Shown piece by piece: positions 7,841 to 15,943 of a stretch of DNA of 64,000 bases. Each line of letters opens with the position of its first letter. The stretch's first letter is position 1. The stretch comes from Candidatus Acutalibacter stercorigallinarum (lineage in GTDB: Bacteria; Bacillota; Clostridia; Oscillospirales; Acutalibacteraceae). The DNA lies in the NCBI GenBank assembly GCA_019112625.1, contig DXIW01000029.1, positions 2,494 to 66,493 of the forward strand, in the 5' to 3' direction. Both the position numbers and the translations under genes were made by a program. The notes under the pieces were generated by a model, which ran no database searches, was not told the DNA's origin, and saw nothing but the letters and a program-made list of their open reading frames with translations.

Positions 7841-8752
7841 TTAGTGGGCCAGGAGCCACTGGAGGAGGTCCTGGTAGACCTGGCCTTTGCAGTGCTCGTT
7901 GAGGAGCTCGTGGCGCAGGCCGGGGTAGAGCTTCAGGTCCACCTCTGTGCAGCCAGCGGACCGGAGCCAGGCCGCCACCTGCGTGGGCCCCTTGCCGTAG
8001 GCCCCCACCGGGTCGGCGTCCCCGGCGGCCAGGAGGATGGGCAGGTCTTTGGGGACCTTTCGCGCCCACTGGGGGCCAGTGATCTCCGTAAGGCCGGTGA
8101 ACAGGTCCCGGTAGCCCCCGGCGGTAAAAGGGAAGCCGCACAGGGGGTCGGCTTTGTAGTCCCGGCAGACCTGGTCCACGGTGGAGAGCCAGGCAAATTC
8201 GTTGACGGGGTGGTTGATCTTCCCGTTGTACCCGGCGAAGGCCAGCACCGACAGGAGCTTGCCCTGGGAGCGGGGGCCCTTTACCTTGCACTGGAGCCGG
8301 GCCAGGGCCAGGCCCAGGGGCACCCCGGGGTTCTTCCCCATGGTGCCGCAGAGGATACAGCCGGAGAGGGACGCCCCGTACCGGGTGAGATAGGACCGGG
8401 ACAGGAAAGAGCCCATGCTGTGGCCCAGAAGGTACAGGGGCTTGCCCGGGTGCTGCCCGGCGGCCTGCCCCACCAGGGCGTGGAGGTCCTCCACGGTGGA
8501 GGACCAGCCGTTTTCGTCCTGGAAATGGCCCTGGGGCTGGGTGGAGCGGCCGTGGCCCGGGTGGTCGTTGAGGTACACGGCGAAGCCCCGGTCCGCCAAA
8601 AAACGGGCGAAATCGTCGTAGCGGGCGCTGTGCTCCGCCATGCCGTGGGCGATGACCAGCACGCGCTCTGTCCTGTCCCCGGTCCAGCCGCAGGAGTAGA
8701 CCTCCCCCTGGCCCCCGGACGCGGGGCGCATCCATTCTTGTTTTGCTGCCAT
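7841..8752 (-). CDS. Alpha/beta hydrolase, lysophospholipase-like
   Basis: HGMAEH, DHPGHG, GHSMG nucleophile elbow, DPVG, RHELLNE. Confidence 0.9.
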   Translation of the reverse strand: MAAKQEWMRPASGGQGEVYSCGWTGDRTERVLVIAHGMAEHSARYDDFARFLADRGFAVYLNDHPGHGRSTQPQGHFQDENGWSSTVEDLHALVGQAAGQHPGKPLYLLGHSMGSFLSRSYLTRYGASLSGCILCGTMGKNPGVPLGLALARLQCKVKGPRSQGKLLSVLAFAGYNGKINHPVNEFAWLSTVDQVCRDYKADPLCGFPFTAGGYRDLFTGLTEITGPQWARKVPKDLPILLAAGDADPVGAYGKGPTQVAAWLRSAGCTEVDLKLYPGLRHELLNEHCKGQVYQDLLQWLLAH

Positions 8753-8765
8753 AGCGGCGCCTCCT

Positions 8766-9362
8766 TTACAGTTGGATGCCCAGATGGGCCAGGGCCGCCC
8801 GGTCCAGCTGGGGGAAGGGGATCACCGGCTGGGGGGCGCCCTCCCCCGCCGCCAGCCATTTCTCCATCCAGACCATGTCGTACCAGCGGCCGAATTTATA
8901 GCCGCAGGTTTGGAACTCCCCGACCTGGCGGTAGCCCAGGTGGGCGTGGAACTGCCGGCTGTTGTCGGTGAGGTAGGGGTCCGCGCCCCGGGGCACGCCG
9001 ATGCAGGCGTAGAGGCAGCGGATGTGCTGGGATTTGGCCACGGCCTCCAGGGCGGTGTAGAGGGCTTTGCCCACCCCCTGGCCCAGGCTGTCCCGGCGCA
9101 GGTAGATGGTGGTCTCCGCCCCCCAGGCGTAGGCGGCCCGGGTGTGGAAGGGGCTGAGATAGGCGTAGCCCAGCAGCTCCCCGGCCTGCTCCAGGACCAG
9201 GTAGGGGTACTTTGTTAGGGTGCGCCGGATGCGGGCGGCAAATTCCTCCAGGGTGGGGGTCTCCCACTCGAAGGAGATGGCGGTCTCCTCCACGTAGGGG
9301 CGGTAGAGGGCCAGAAGCTCCGCCGCGTCCCCGGGGGCGGCCACCCGGATGGTTCTCTCCAT
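8766..9362 (-). CDS. GNAT acetyltransferase, phosphinothricin acetyltransferase-like
   Basis: YVEETAISFE, GQGVGKALY, GYKFGRWYDMVWMEK. Confidence 0.9.
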   Translation of the reverse strand: MERTIRVAAPGDAAELLALYRPYVEETAISFEWETPTLEEFAARIRRTLTKYPYLVLEQAGELLGYAYLSPFHTRAAYAWGAETTIYLRRDSLGQGVGKALYTALEAVAKSQHIRCLYACIGVPRGADPYLTDNSRQFHAHLGYRQVGEFQTCGYKFGRWYDMVWMEKWLAAGEGAPQPVIPFPQLDRAALAHLGIQL

Positions 9363-9397
9363 GACTGCTGTTCCTCCCTGTTCCCGTTGTTACCTGT

Positions 9398-9470
9398 ATT
9401 ATAGCACAGGGGGCGTTTTCTGGCAACATCACGATAAAACTTGACAGAGGCGGGGAGCTTCCTGTATAAT
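9398..9470. promoter_or_regulatory. Divergent sigma-A promoters
   Basis: Minus TTGCCA-17-TATAAT (9426-9398); plus TTGACA-18-TATAAT (9441-9470). Confidence 0.65.
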
Positions 9471-9505
9471 TACCCTAAATAACCTGGGAAAAGGAGGGCG
9501 CGGCC

Positions 9506-9961
9506 ATGGGAGTTTCCTTCCGACCGGCCCGGCCGGAGGACGCAGCGGAGCTGTGGCGGCTGAATACTGCCTTCAACGGCCCTGGGGACAAGGCACCGGC
9601 GGAGATGGCGGCGGACATGGCCGCCCCCGGCGGGGAGCTGACCTTTGTGGCCCAGGGGGACCGGGGCCTGGTGGGGTTTTGCTGCTGCCAGGTGAAGCGT
9701 TCCTGGTGCTACCGGGAGCCGGCGGCGGAGCTGACGGAGCTGTATGTGGAGCCGGGCTTCCGCCGGATGGGGGTGGCAAAGGGGCTTCTGACTTTGGCGG
9801 AGGAGGCCTGCGCCAGGCTGGGGGCGGAAGCCCTCACCCTGCTGACTGGGGACGACAACGGCCCCGCCCGGGGATTTTATGAGAGCCAGGGCTTCTCCCC
9901 CAGCGGGGAAGTCCACTACGAGAAAGAACTTTTTGGAGAACGGGAGGTAGATGGCCTATGA
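9506..9961 (+). CDS. GNAT family N-acetyltransferase
   Basis: ELYVEPGFRRMGVA acetyl-CoA motif, N.PARGFYESQGF. Confidence 0.88.
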   Translation: MGVSFRPARPEDAAELWRLNTAFNGPGDKAPAEMAADMAAPGGELTFVAQGDRGLVGFCCCQVKRSWCYREPAAELTELYVEPGFRRMGVAKGLLTLAEEACARLGAEALTLLTGDDNGPARGFYESQGFSPSGEVHYEKELFGEREVDGL

Positions 9962-10329
9962 AACGGCAGTGGATCGCCCCGATACTGGGCGTTGGCATTG
10001 GCGCGGTGCTGTGGGGGATCTGGTGGGTGCTGGCTGTCACCGGCCTGGTGCCGGTCCTGTTTGTGGACGGCACCTTCTTCACCGGCATTGTCCTGCTGGT
10101 GCTGGCGTTGATGACCCTCACCAAGCCCAGCCCCACCCGGGACACCACGGTGGGGGCATATCAATCCAGAAACTTTGGGGTCCACGCGGTGTTCGGGCTC
10201 AAATTGAAGGTGGAGAAGGGCAAGGAGCAGCGGGAGCGCCGGGGGCCGACCTCGAAAGAGGTGGGCACGGTATTTTTGCTGAGCGGGCTGATGTGCTTTG
10301 GGCCCTTTGTGGTGTCGCTGTTTCTATAG
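9958..10329 (+). CDS. Small membrane protein, TFFTG paralog 1 (possibly DUF3899-like)
   Basis: ATGA overlap with the GNAT gene; three hydrophobic segments; FVDGTFFTG. Confidence 0.72.
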   Translation: MKRQWIAPILGVGIGAVLWGIWWVLAVTGLVPVLFVDGTFFTGIVLLVLALMTLTKPSPTRDTTVGAYQSRNFGVHAVFGLKLKVEKGKEQRERRGPTSKEVGTVFLLSGLMCFGPFVVSLFL

Positions 10330-10348
10330 TGCCGGAAGGAGGTCTCCT

Positions 10349-10735
10349 ATGAACCGGAGGATACTGCTGCGGCTGTTGATCTTAGTGCTGGCGGGCGCCG
10401 CCCTGGGCGGGGCCATTCTCTTCGCCTGGTGGCAGGCCGGTGAGACGCGGCCCGCCTCTTACGGCGACTGCACCTTTTTTACCGGGTGGGGGCTGCTGCT
10501 TTTTGGCCTGCTGTTCCTCACCGGGGGCGGGGCCACCTCGGTGAACCTGACCAGCACCCCGGGCACCGGCGGCGGGCCGCTGCAGTTTTTCAGCAGTGAC
10601 AAGCGGCTGGCCAAGGACGTGGTGCGGGCCAACACCCGCCGGGCGGAACTGCCCGGCACCACCCAGGTTTGTGTGATGATGGGGGCTGGGGCAGTCACTT
10701 GTTTTGTCCCGACTGTTTTGACACTGGTGTTTTAG
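10349..10735 (+). CDS. Small membrane protein, TFFTG paralog 2
   Basis: aaggagg RBS; MNRRILLRLLIL; YGDCTFFTG. Confidence 0.72.
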   Translation: MNRRILLRLLILVLAGAALGGAILFAWWQAGETRPASYGDCTFFTGWGLLLFGLLFLTGGGATSVNLTSTPGTGGGPLQFFSSDKRLAKDVVRANTRRAELPGTTQVCVMMGAGAVTCFVPTVLTLVF

Positions 10736-10753
10736 AAAAGAGAGGAGAAAAGT

Positions 10754-11143
10754 ATGAACAAGCGCTGGCTGCTCCGGTTTTTGCTGCTGGCCCTGCTGGG
10801 CGGGGCTGTGGGCGGGGGAATCACCTATGCCTGGTGGATGGCCGCCGAGCGGTATGGCATCGCCCCGGGGCCTTTTGTGGAGTGCACCTTTTTTACGGGC
10901 TTCGCGCTGATGCTCATCGGGCTGCTGTGCCTGACCAGCGGCGGGGGCATTACCAAGCAGGGGCCCGCTACCCTGGAGGACAAGAAGGGCCCCCTGCGCA
11001 TTGTGGAGGACAGCCGGTCCGCGGCCCAGAAAGCCGCGGGGAAAAAGACGGTGCCCCTGGGGTTCCAGGCCTGCGTGGCGCTGCTGGTGGCCTCGCTGGT
11101 GCTGCTCATCGCGGCGGCGGTGAATTTGTTCTCCGGCATGTAA
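10754..11143 (+). CDS. Small membrane protein, TFFTG paralog 3
   Basis: aggag RBS; MNKRWLLRFLLL; FVECTFFTG. Confidence 0.72.
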   Translation: MNKRWLLRFLLLALLGGAVGGGITYAWWMAAERYGIAPGPFVECTFFTGFALMLIGLLCLTSGGGITKQGPATLEDKKGPLRIVEDSRSAAQKAAGKKTVPLGFQACVALLVASLVLLIAAAVNLFSGM

Positions 11144-11154
11144 AAAGGTATGGG

Positions 11155-11190
11155 AAAGCCCTCCCGGCGGGAAGCTGGGAGGGCTTTTTT
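11155..11190. terminator. Bidirectional terminator
   Basis: aaagccctcccggc-ggga..gctgggagggcttttt. Confidence 0.75.
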
Positions 11191-11198
11191 CGCGGGTA

Positions 11199-13466
11199 TT
11201 ACGGGGTGAGGGTGAAGGGGTCGCCGATGCTGCCGCTGCCGGAAATAGGCTGGGCGGCCTCCAGATAGATCACCGGGCGGACGCCGTAGGTGTCCTTGGC
11301 GTCCCGCATGAGGAAGCTGCCGTCGGTCCACAGCATCCGGACCATGCAGCCGTTGTTGTAGTAGGGGGTCTCCATCCAGCAGGCGGGGCCGGTGAGGCGG
11401 TTTTCCCGGCTCAATTCCGCCAGGAGGGTGATGTCCGGCAGGGACACGGTGTCCGTGAGGGTGTGGGCCCAGGCGTCCGCCGCGCCCCGGTCGCTGTAAG
11501 CCGGGATGTGGAAGGCGAAGAAGTCGTTATGGCCGCTGTTGGCCTTGCCGATGTCGTCGATGGAGAGGAGGACACGGTGGTCCTGTTTTACCAGCAGGGC
11601 CTGTTCCTCCGGGGCAAAGGCCTGGCGGAGGAACTCGCCGCCCAGCCACTGGCGCAGGGAGCTGGTCTCCCACAGGTTGTCGCCGTAGGCGCTGCCGGAG
11701 GTCTCGAAGGGCAGGTCCGCCACGGTGTCCGCCGCCAGGAGGGTGTACACGCCGCCGGACTCGGAGACCACCTGCCACACCAGGGGCTTTCCCTGGTAGG
11801 TGCCAAGCTGGACGTAGGCGTCCTCCTCCAGCTGGGTGTGGGAGGCGTGGGCGCGGAGCTCCCGGGCGGCCACGGGCAGGCCCCAGGAGAGGCCCAGACT
11901 CACCAGGAGCACCGCCGCGGCCACAGGGGCGGCCAGGCGCTTTATCCAGGCTTTTTTCGACAGGGGCCGGGAGGGGCGGGCCAACCGCTGGGGCAGCTGG
12001 CACAGGAGCCTGCCGAAGCAGGCGGCCAGCAGGAGCAGGAGCAAGTCGATGAGCTGGACGAAGGCGAACATGTGCTTGGCCAGGTCGCCTTCCCCGTTGG
12101 TAACCAGGGGGATGACGAACTGGTAGCCCAGGCTGCCCAGCAGGGACAGGAGCACCAGGGCGGCGGCAGCTTTCCGCTTTTTACCGCCGGGGGCCAGGAG
12201 CCGCCACAAACACAGGCACCCCGCCCCCACCGCCAGGAGGGTGAAGGCCCAGGTGTTCACCGGCAGCTGGCCGCGCAGCCAGGACCAGCCCCCGAACCGC
12301 CCGGCAAAGCTGAGGCGGGGGTGGGAGTCGTCCAGGTTGGAGAGGTAGAAGGGCCGCACCCAGCCGCTGTGGGCCATGGACACGTCCAGCTTCTGGAGGA
12401 AGTAGAGGGGGTGGCGCAGGTAGAACAGGAGCACGTCCACCTTGCCCACCTGGGGGAAGCTCTGCTGGTACACCGGGTCCTCCCGGGCCTGGCCGGCCAG
12501 GGCGGTGTAGTAGTTGGAATCGGCGTACTGGGCCAGCTCCTGGGGCAGGCCCAGGTCCTCTAAAAAGGCGGCCTCCTGCTGGGGGGTGGTGTCCTTGAGC
12601 ACCCCGTAGAACACGGCGTTGTAGTTGGTGGCCTCGTCCATCCAGCTGGGGACGGCGAAGTACACGGCGGCTAAAATCACCGCGCAGAGGGCGGCGCCGC
12701 CCAGGGCCCACTTCCGGCGTTTGCGGGGCCACAGCAGGGCCAGGGCCCCGCCCAGGCAGAGGGCACACAGGGCCCCCACCGGCAGGTTGGCCAGCTTGCC
12801 CCAGCCGTAGAAGAGGCATCCGGCCAAAAACCACAGGCCGTTGAGCCACCAGCGGCCCCGGCCGGTGAGGCACCGCAAGGCGAACACGGCCATGGCCAGG
12901 AGGCCCACCATCTGGACGGGCTCGCTGTAGAGGGAGTTGAAGTAGGCGGTGTAGCCCTCGTCGCAGAGGACAAAGAGGGTGAAGAGCTTGACCGGCAGGT
13001 CGGCCCACCAGCGCTTGAGCTGGAAGGAACGGAACAAGAGGAACAGCAGCCCCGCCCAGCACAGGGTGTAGATGGCCCCCAGCACCTGGACGTGGTACAC
13101 CGCCAGCTCTTGGCCGGTGAGGAAATTGAGGGCCAGGTTGCCCAGCAGGGACAGGCGCATGAACACCAGGTGGATGGAGGGGTAGGTGCCGATGCCGTCT
13201 AAGCCGAAAAGGAGGTTCGTGAGCTTCTCCAGGGGGGAGTCCCCCTGGAACACCATGCGGAAGGTGTCCTGGTAGACGAACCGGGGGTCGTCCACCGCCC
13301 AGGCCAGGGAGTTGGTGGTCATCACCCGGCCGTAGTCGCCGTTGTCGGACAGGCCGACGCCACCCCCGGAAAAGAGGGTGAGGGAGATCACCGCCAGGGC
13401 CAGCAGCGCCAGCACCCAGGGGTTGTGGCGGCGGTAGCGCTCCTCCCAGGAAACTGCCTTACACAT
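11199..13466 (-). CDS. Multi-TM GT-C-like membrane protein (WsfD-like) fused to a C-terminal DUF6273-like domain
   Basis: GLSDNGDYGRVM, YFNSLYSE and GEGDLAKHMF in the TM part; W.VV, NLWETSSLRQWL and GVRPVI in the tail; family names recalled, not searched. Confidence 0.65.
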   Translation of the reverse strand: MCKAVSWEERYRRHNPWVLALLALAVISLTLFSGGGVGLSDNGDYGRVMTTNSLAWAVDDPRFVYQDTFRMVFQGDSPLEKLTNLLFGLDGIGTYPSIHLVFMRLSLLGNLALNFLTGQELAVYHVQVLGAIYTLCWAGLLFLLFRSFQLKRWWADLPVKLFTLFVLCDEGYTAYFNSLYSEPVQMVGLLAMAVFALRCLTGRGRWWLNGLWFLAGCLFYGWGKLANLPVGALCALCLGGALALLWPRKRRKWALGGAALCAVILAAVYFAVPSWMDEATNYNAVFYGVLKDTTPQQEAAFLEDLGLPQELAQYADSNYYTALAGQAREDPVYQQSFPQVGKVDVLLFYLRHPLYFLQKLDVSMAHSGWVRPFYLSNLDDSHPRLSFAGRFGGWSWLRGQLPVNTWAFTLLAVGAGCLCLWRLLAPGGKKRKAAAALVLLSLLGSLGYQFVIPLVTNGEGDLAKHMFAFVQLIDLLLLLLAACFGRLLCQLPQRLARPSRPLSKKAWIKRLAAPVAAAVLLVSLGLSWGLPVAARELRAHASHTQLEEDAYVQLGTYQGKPLVWQVVSESGGVYTLLAADTVADLPFETSGSAYGDNLWETSSLRQWLGGEFLRQAFAPEEQALLVKQDHRVLLSIDDIGKANSGHNDFFAFHIPAYSDRGAADAWAHTLTDTVSLPDITLLAELSRENRLTGPACWMETPYYNNGCMVRMLWTDGSFLMRDAKDTYGVRPVIYLEAAQPISGSGSIGDPFTLTP

Positions 13467-14565
13467 TGAACCGGAACAAGACGATGTCGCCGTCCTGCAT
13501 CACGTAGTCCTTGCCCTCCGAACGGACCAGGCCCTTCTCCTTGGCGGCGGCCATGGTGCCGCACTCCATGAGCTCGTCGAAACCGATGACCTCGGCCCGG
13601 ATGAAGCCCCGCTCGAAGTCGGAGTGGATTTTCCCCGCGGCCTGGGGGGCCTTGGTACCCTTTTTGATGGTCCAGGCCCGGACCTCCGGCTTACCGGCGG
13701 TGAGGTAGGAGATGAGGCCCAACAGGCTGTAGCAGGCCTGGATGAGGCGGTCCAGGCCGGACTCCTCCAGGCCCATGTCGCTGAGGAAGAGCTCCTTCTC
13801 TTCGGGCTCCAGGCCGGAGATCTCCGCCTCGATCTCGGCGCAGATGGGCAGCACGGCGGCGTGCTCGGCCTTGGCGAAGTCCGCCACCACCTGGAAATAC
13901 TTGTTCTGCTCCACCCCGGCCTTGAAGTCGTCCTCGCTCATATTGGCGGCGAAGATGATGGGCTTGTTGGTGAGGAGGCTGACGGTGGAGAGAAGCTCCG
14001 CCTCCTCCTCGGTGCACTCCACGCTGCGGGCGGACTGGCCCGCCTCCAGGGCGGCGTAGACACGCTCAAAAAAGTCCAGCTCGGCCTGGAATTTCTTATC
14101 GGCCTTGAGCATTTTTTTGGTCTTGTCGATGCGGCGCTCCAGCACCTCCATATCGGAGAGGATGAGCTCCAGGTCGATGGTCTCGATGTCCCGCTTGGGG
14201 TCGATGCTGCCCTCCACGTGGACGATGTCGTCGTTTTCGAAGCAGCGGACCACGTGGACGATGGCGTCCACCTCCCGGATATTGGAGAGGAATTTGTTGC
14301 CCAGGCCCTCGCCCTTGGAGGCGCCCTTGACCAGGCCGGCGATGTCCACGAATTCGATGGTGGCGGGGGTGTACTTCTCCGGCTGGTACATCTCGGCCAG
14401 CTTGTCCAGGCGCTTGTCCGGCACGGCGACCATGCCCACGTTGGGCTCTATGGTGCAAAACGGGTAGTTGGCCGACTGGGCCCCCGCGTTGGTGATGGCG
14501 TTGAACAGGGTGCTCTTCCCCACGTTGGGAAGGCCTACGATTCCTAATTTCATGGATTGCTGCAT
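13459..14565 (-). CDS. ychF: Redox-regulated ribosome-binding ATPase YchF
   Basis: GIVGLPNVGKST, ANYPFCTIEPN, DIAGLV, C-terminal TGS domain ending FRFNV. Confidence 0.97.
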   Translation of the reverse strand: MQQSMKLGIVGLPNVGKSTLFNAITNAGAQSANYPFCTIEPNVGMVAVPDKRLDKLAEMYQPEKYTPATIEFVDIAGLVKGASKGEGLGNKFLSNIREVDAIVHVVRCFENDDIVHVEGSIDPKRDIETIDLELILSDMEVLERRIDKTKKMLKADKKFQAELDFFERVYAALEAGQSARSVECTEEEAELLSTVSLLTNKPIIFAANMSEDDFKAGVEQNKYFQVVADFAKAEHAAVLPICAEIEAEISGLEPEEKELFLSDMGLEESGLDRLIQACYSLLGLISYLTAGKPEVRAWTIKKGTKAPQAAGKIHSDFERGFIRAEVIGFDELMECGTMAAAKEKGLVRSEGKDYVMQDGDIVLFRFNV

Positions 14566-14609
14566 CTCCTTACATAGGCTGGGGCCAGAGGCGCGGCCCG
14601 TATCGTATT

Positions 14610-14638
14610 ATTATACCAGAAAGGGCCAGGGGGCTCAA
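14610..14638 (-). promoter_or_regulatory. ychF promoter
   Basis: TTGAGC-17-TATAAT with extended TG. Confidence 0.6.
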
Positions 14639-14697
14639 GGGCTAATTTGATTGGACAGGAACGCCCGTCCTGCGGGACAGGGCGGCCGTTTGCCGGT

Positions 14698-15402
14698 TCA
14701 GCCGGTCTCCCCTTCCCGGAAGCGGCGGACCCACTCCTGGGCCAGGAGCCAGTGGCCTGCCGGGGTGGGGTGCACCCCGTCCGCCGTGTACACGGCAGGG
14801 GAGCTCTGGGCGGCGGCAGCGTCCAGCAGGGACTGGGTGTCGATGCAGGTGACAGGGCGGCCGGTGCGCCGCTCCATGTGGGCGGCCAGGTCCCGGACGG
14901 CGGCGCGGCGCAGGTCCACCTCCCGCCGGAAATCGTCCCACTGGGCCTGGGTGCTGGGGCCGGGGAGCACGTAGGGCTCCAGCAGGATGAGGCGCAGGCC
15001 GGGCAGGGCGGCGGCGATTTCCTCCAGCATGGCCTGGTACACCCGGCGGAATTTCTCGGCGTCCACCCCGTTTCGCTCCATGAGCTCGTGCCAGACATCG
15101 TTGACGCCGATCATAATGCTGAGGACCTGGGGCTTGAGGTTGATACAGTCCCGCTTGACCCGGGCGTCGAGATCGACTACACGGTTGCCGGAGATGCCCC
15201 GGTTGAGGAATTCGTAGCGGCCGGGCTCCTGGGCGGAGAGCTGAGCGGCGGCCAGCAGGGGGTAGCCCATGCCCAGCAGGCTGTCGGTGGCGGCCTGGCG
15301 CTCCTGGGCGGTGGCCAGCCAGCCCTCCACCACCCGGGCCGCGTCGGTACGGTACACATCGGTGATGGAATCCCCGGTGAACAGCACGCGGATCTTTTCC
15401 AT
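14698..15402 (-). CDS. SGNH/GDSL hydrolase
   Basis: GDSITD, NRGISG, IGVND and DGVHP blocks. Confidence 0.92.
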   Translation of the reverse strand: MEKIRVLFTGDSITDVYRTDAARVVEGWLATAQERQAATDSLLGMGYPLLAAAQLSAQEPGRYEFLNRGISGNRVVDLDARVKRDCINLKPQVLSIMIGVNDVWHELMERNGVDAEKFRRVYQAMLEEIAAALPGLRLILLEPYVLPGPSTQAQWDDFRREVDLRRAAVRDLAAHMERRTGRPVTCIDTQSLLDAAAAQSSPAVYTADGVHPTPAGHWLLAQEWVRRFREGETG

Positions 15403-15528
15403 GATACATCCTCCACTTCTGGGAAAAAAGTAGCCGGAAGGCTCTTGGATTTATGGTAGCACACCCGGGTGGGGATGGCAAGGGCGGTGGGAGGGAAAAC
15501 TTTTTTGGGGGAAATTTTCAGATCCCCC

Positions 15529-15585
15529 TTGCAAAATACCCTGTGGGGGTATATAATAAGGGCAGAAAATACCCCGTGGGGGTAT
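15529..15585 (+). promoter_or_regulatory. csoR-copA promoter with two CsoR operators
   Basis: TTGCAA-17-TATAAT; ATACCCTGTGGGGGTAT (15536-15552) and ATACCCCGTGGGGGTAT (15569-15585) match the C-tract/G-tract CsoR operator. Confidence 0.85.
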
Positions 15586-15600
15586 GAAGGGAGTGAGCCC

Positions 15601-15915
15601 ATGGAACAGAATTGCTGCGGGGCCTGCGGGGGCTGCCGCCACAAGCATACCCCGCGCAGCGAGCAGGAGCTGCGGCAGCTGCAGAACCGGCTGAACCGCA
15701 TGGTGGGCCAGCTGGGGGGCATCGCAAAGATGCTGGAGGAGAACCGGTACTGCGGGGACATCCTCACCCAGGTGGCGGCGGTGGAGAGCGCGCTGCAGAG
15801 CTTCGGCTACCTGGTGCTGAAGGAGCACATGGAGACCTGCGTGGTGGAGAATATCCAGGCGGGGAACACACAGATTGTGGACGAGGCTGTGGAGCTCATC
15901 AAGAAACTGAAGTGA
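15601..15915 (+). CDS. csoR: CsoR copper-sensing repressor
   Basis: NRLNRMVGQ..C.DILTQ..EHMETCV with Cys/His/Cys ligands. Confidence 0.92.
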   Translation: MEQNCCGACGGCRHKHTPRSEQELRQLQNRLNRMVGQLGGIAKMLEENRYCGDILTQVAAVESALQSFGYLVLKEHMETCVVENIQAGNTQIVDEAVELIKKLK

Positions 15916-15943
15916 CCTTTTTGAGGAAAGCTGGTGACCGCAG

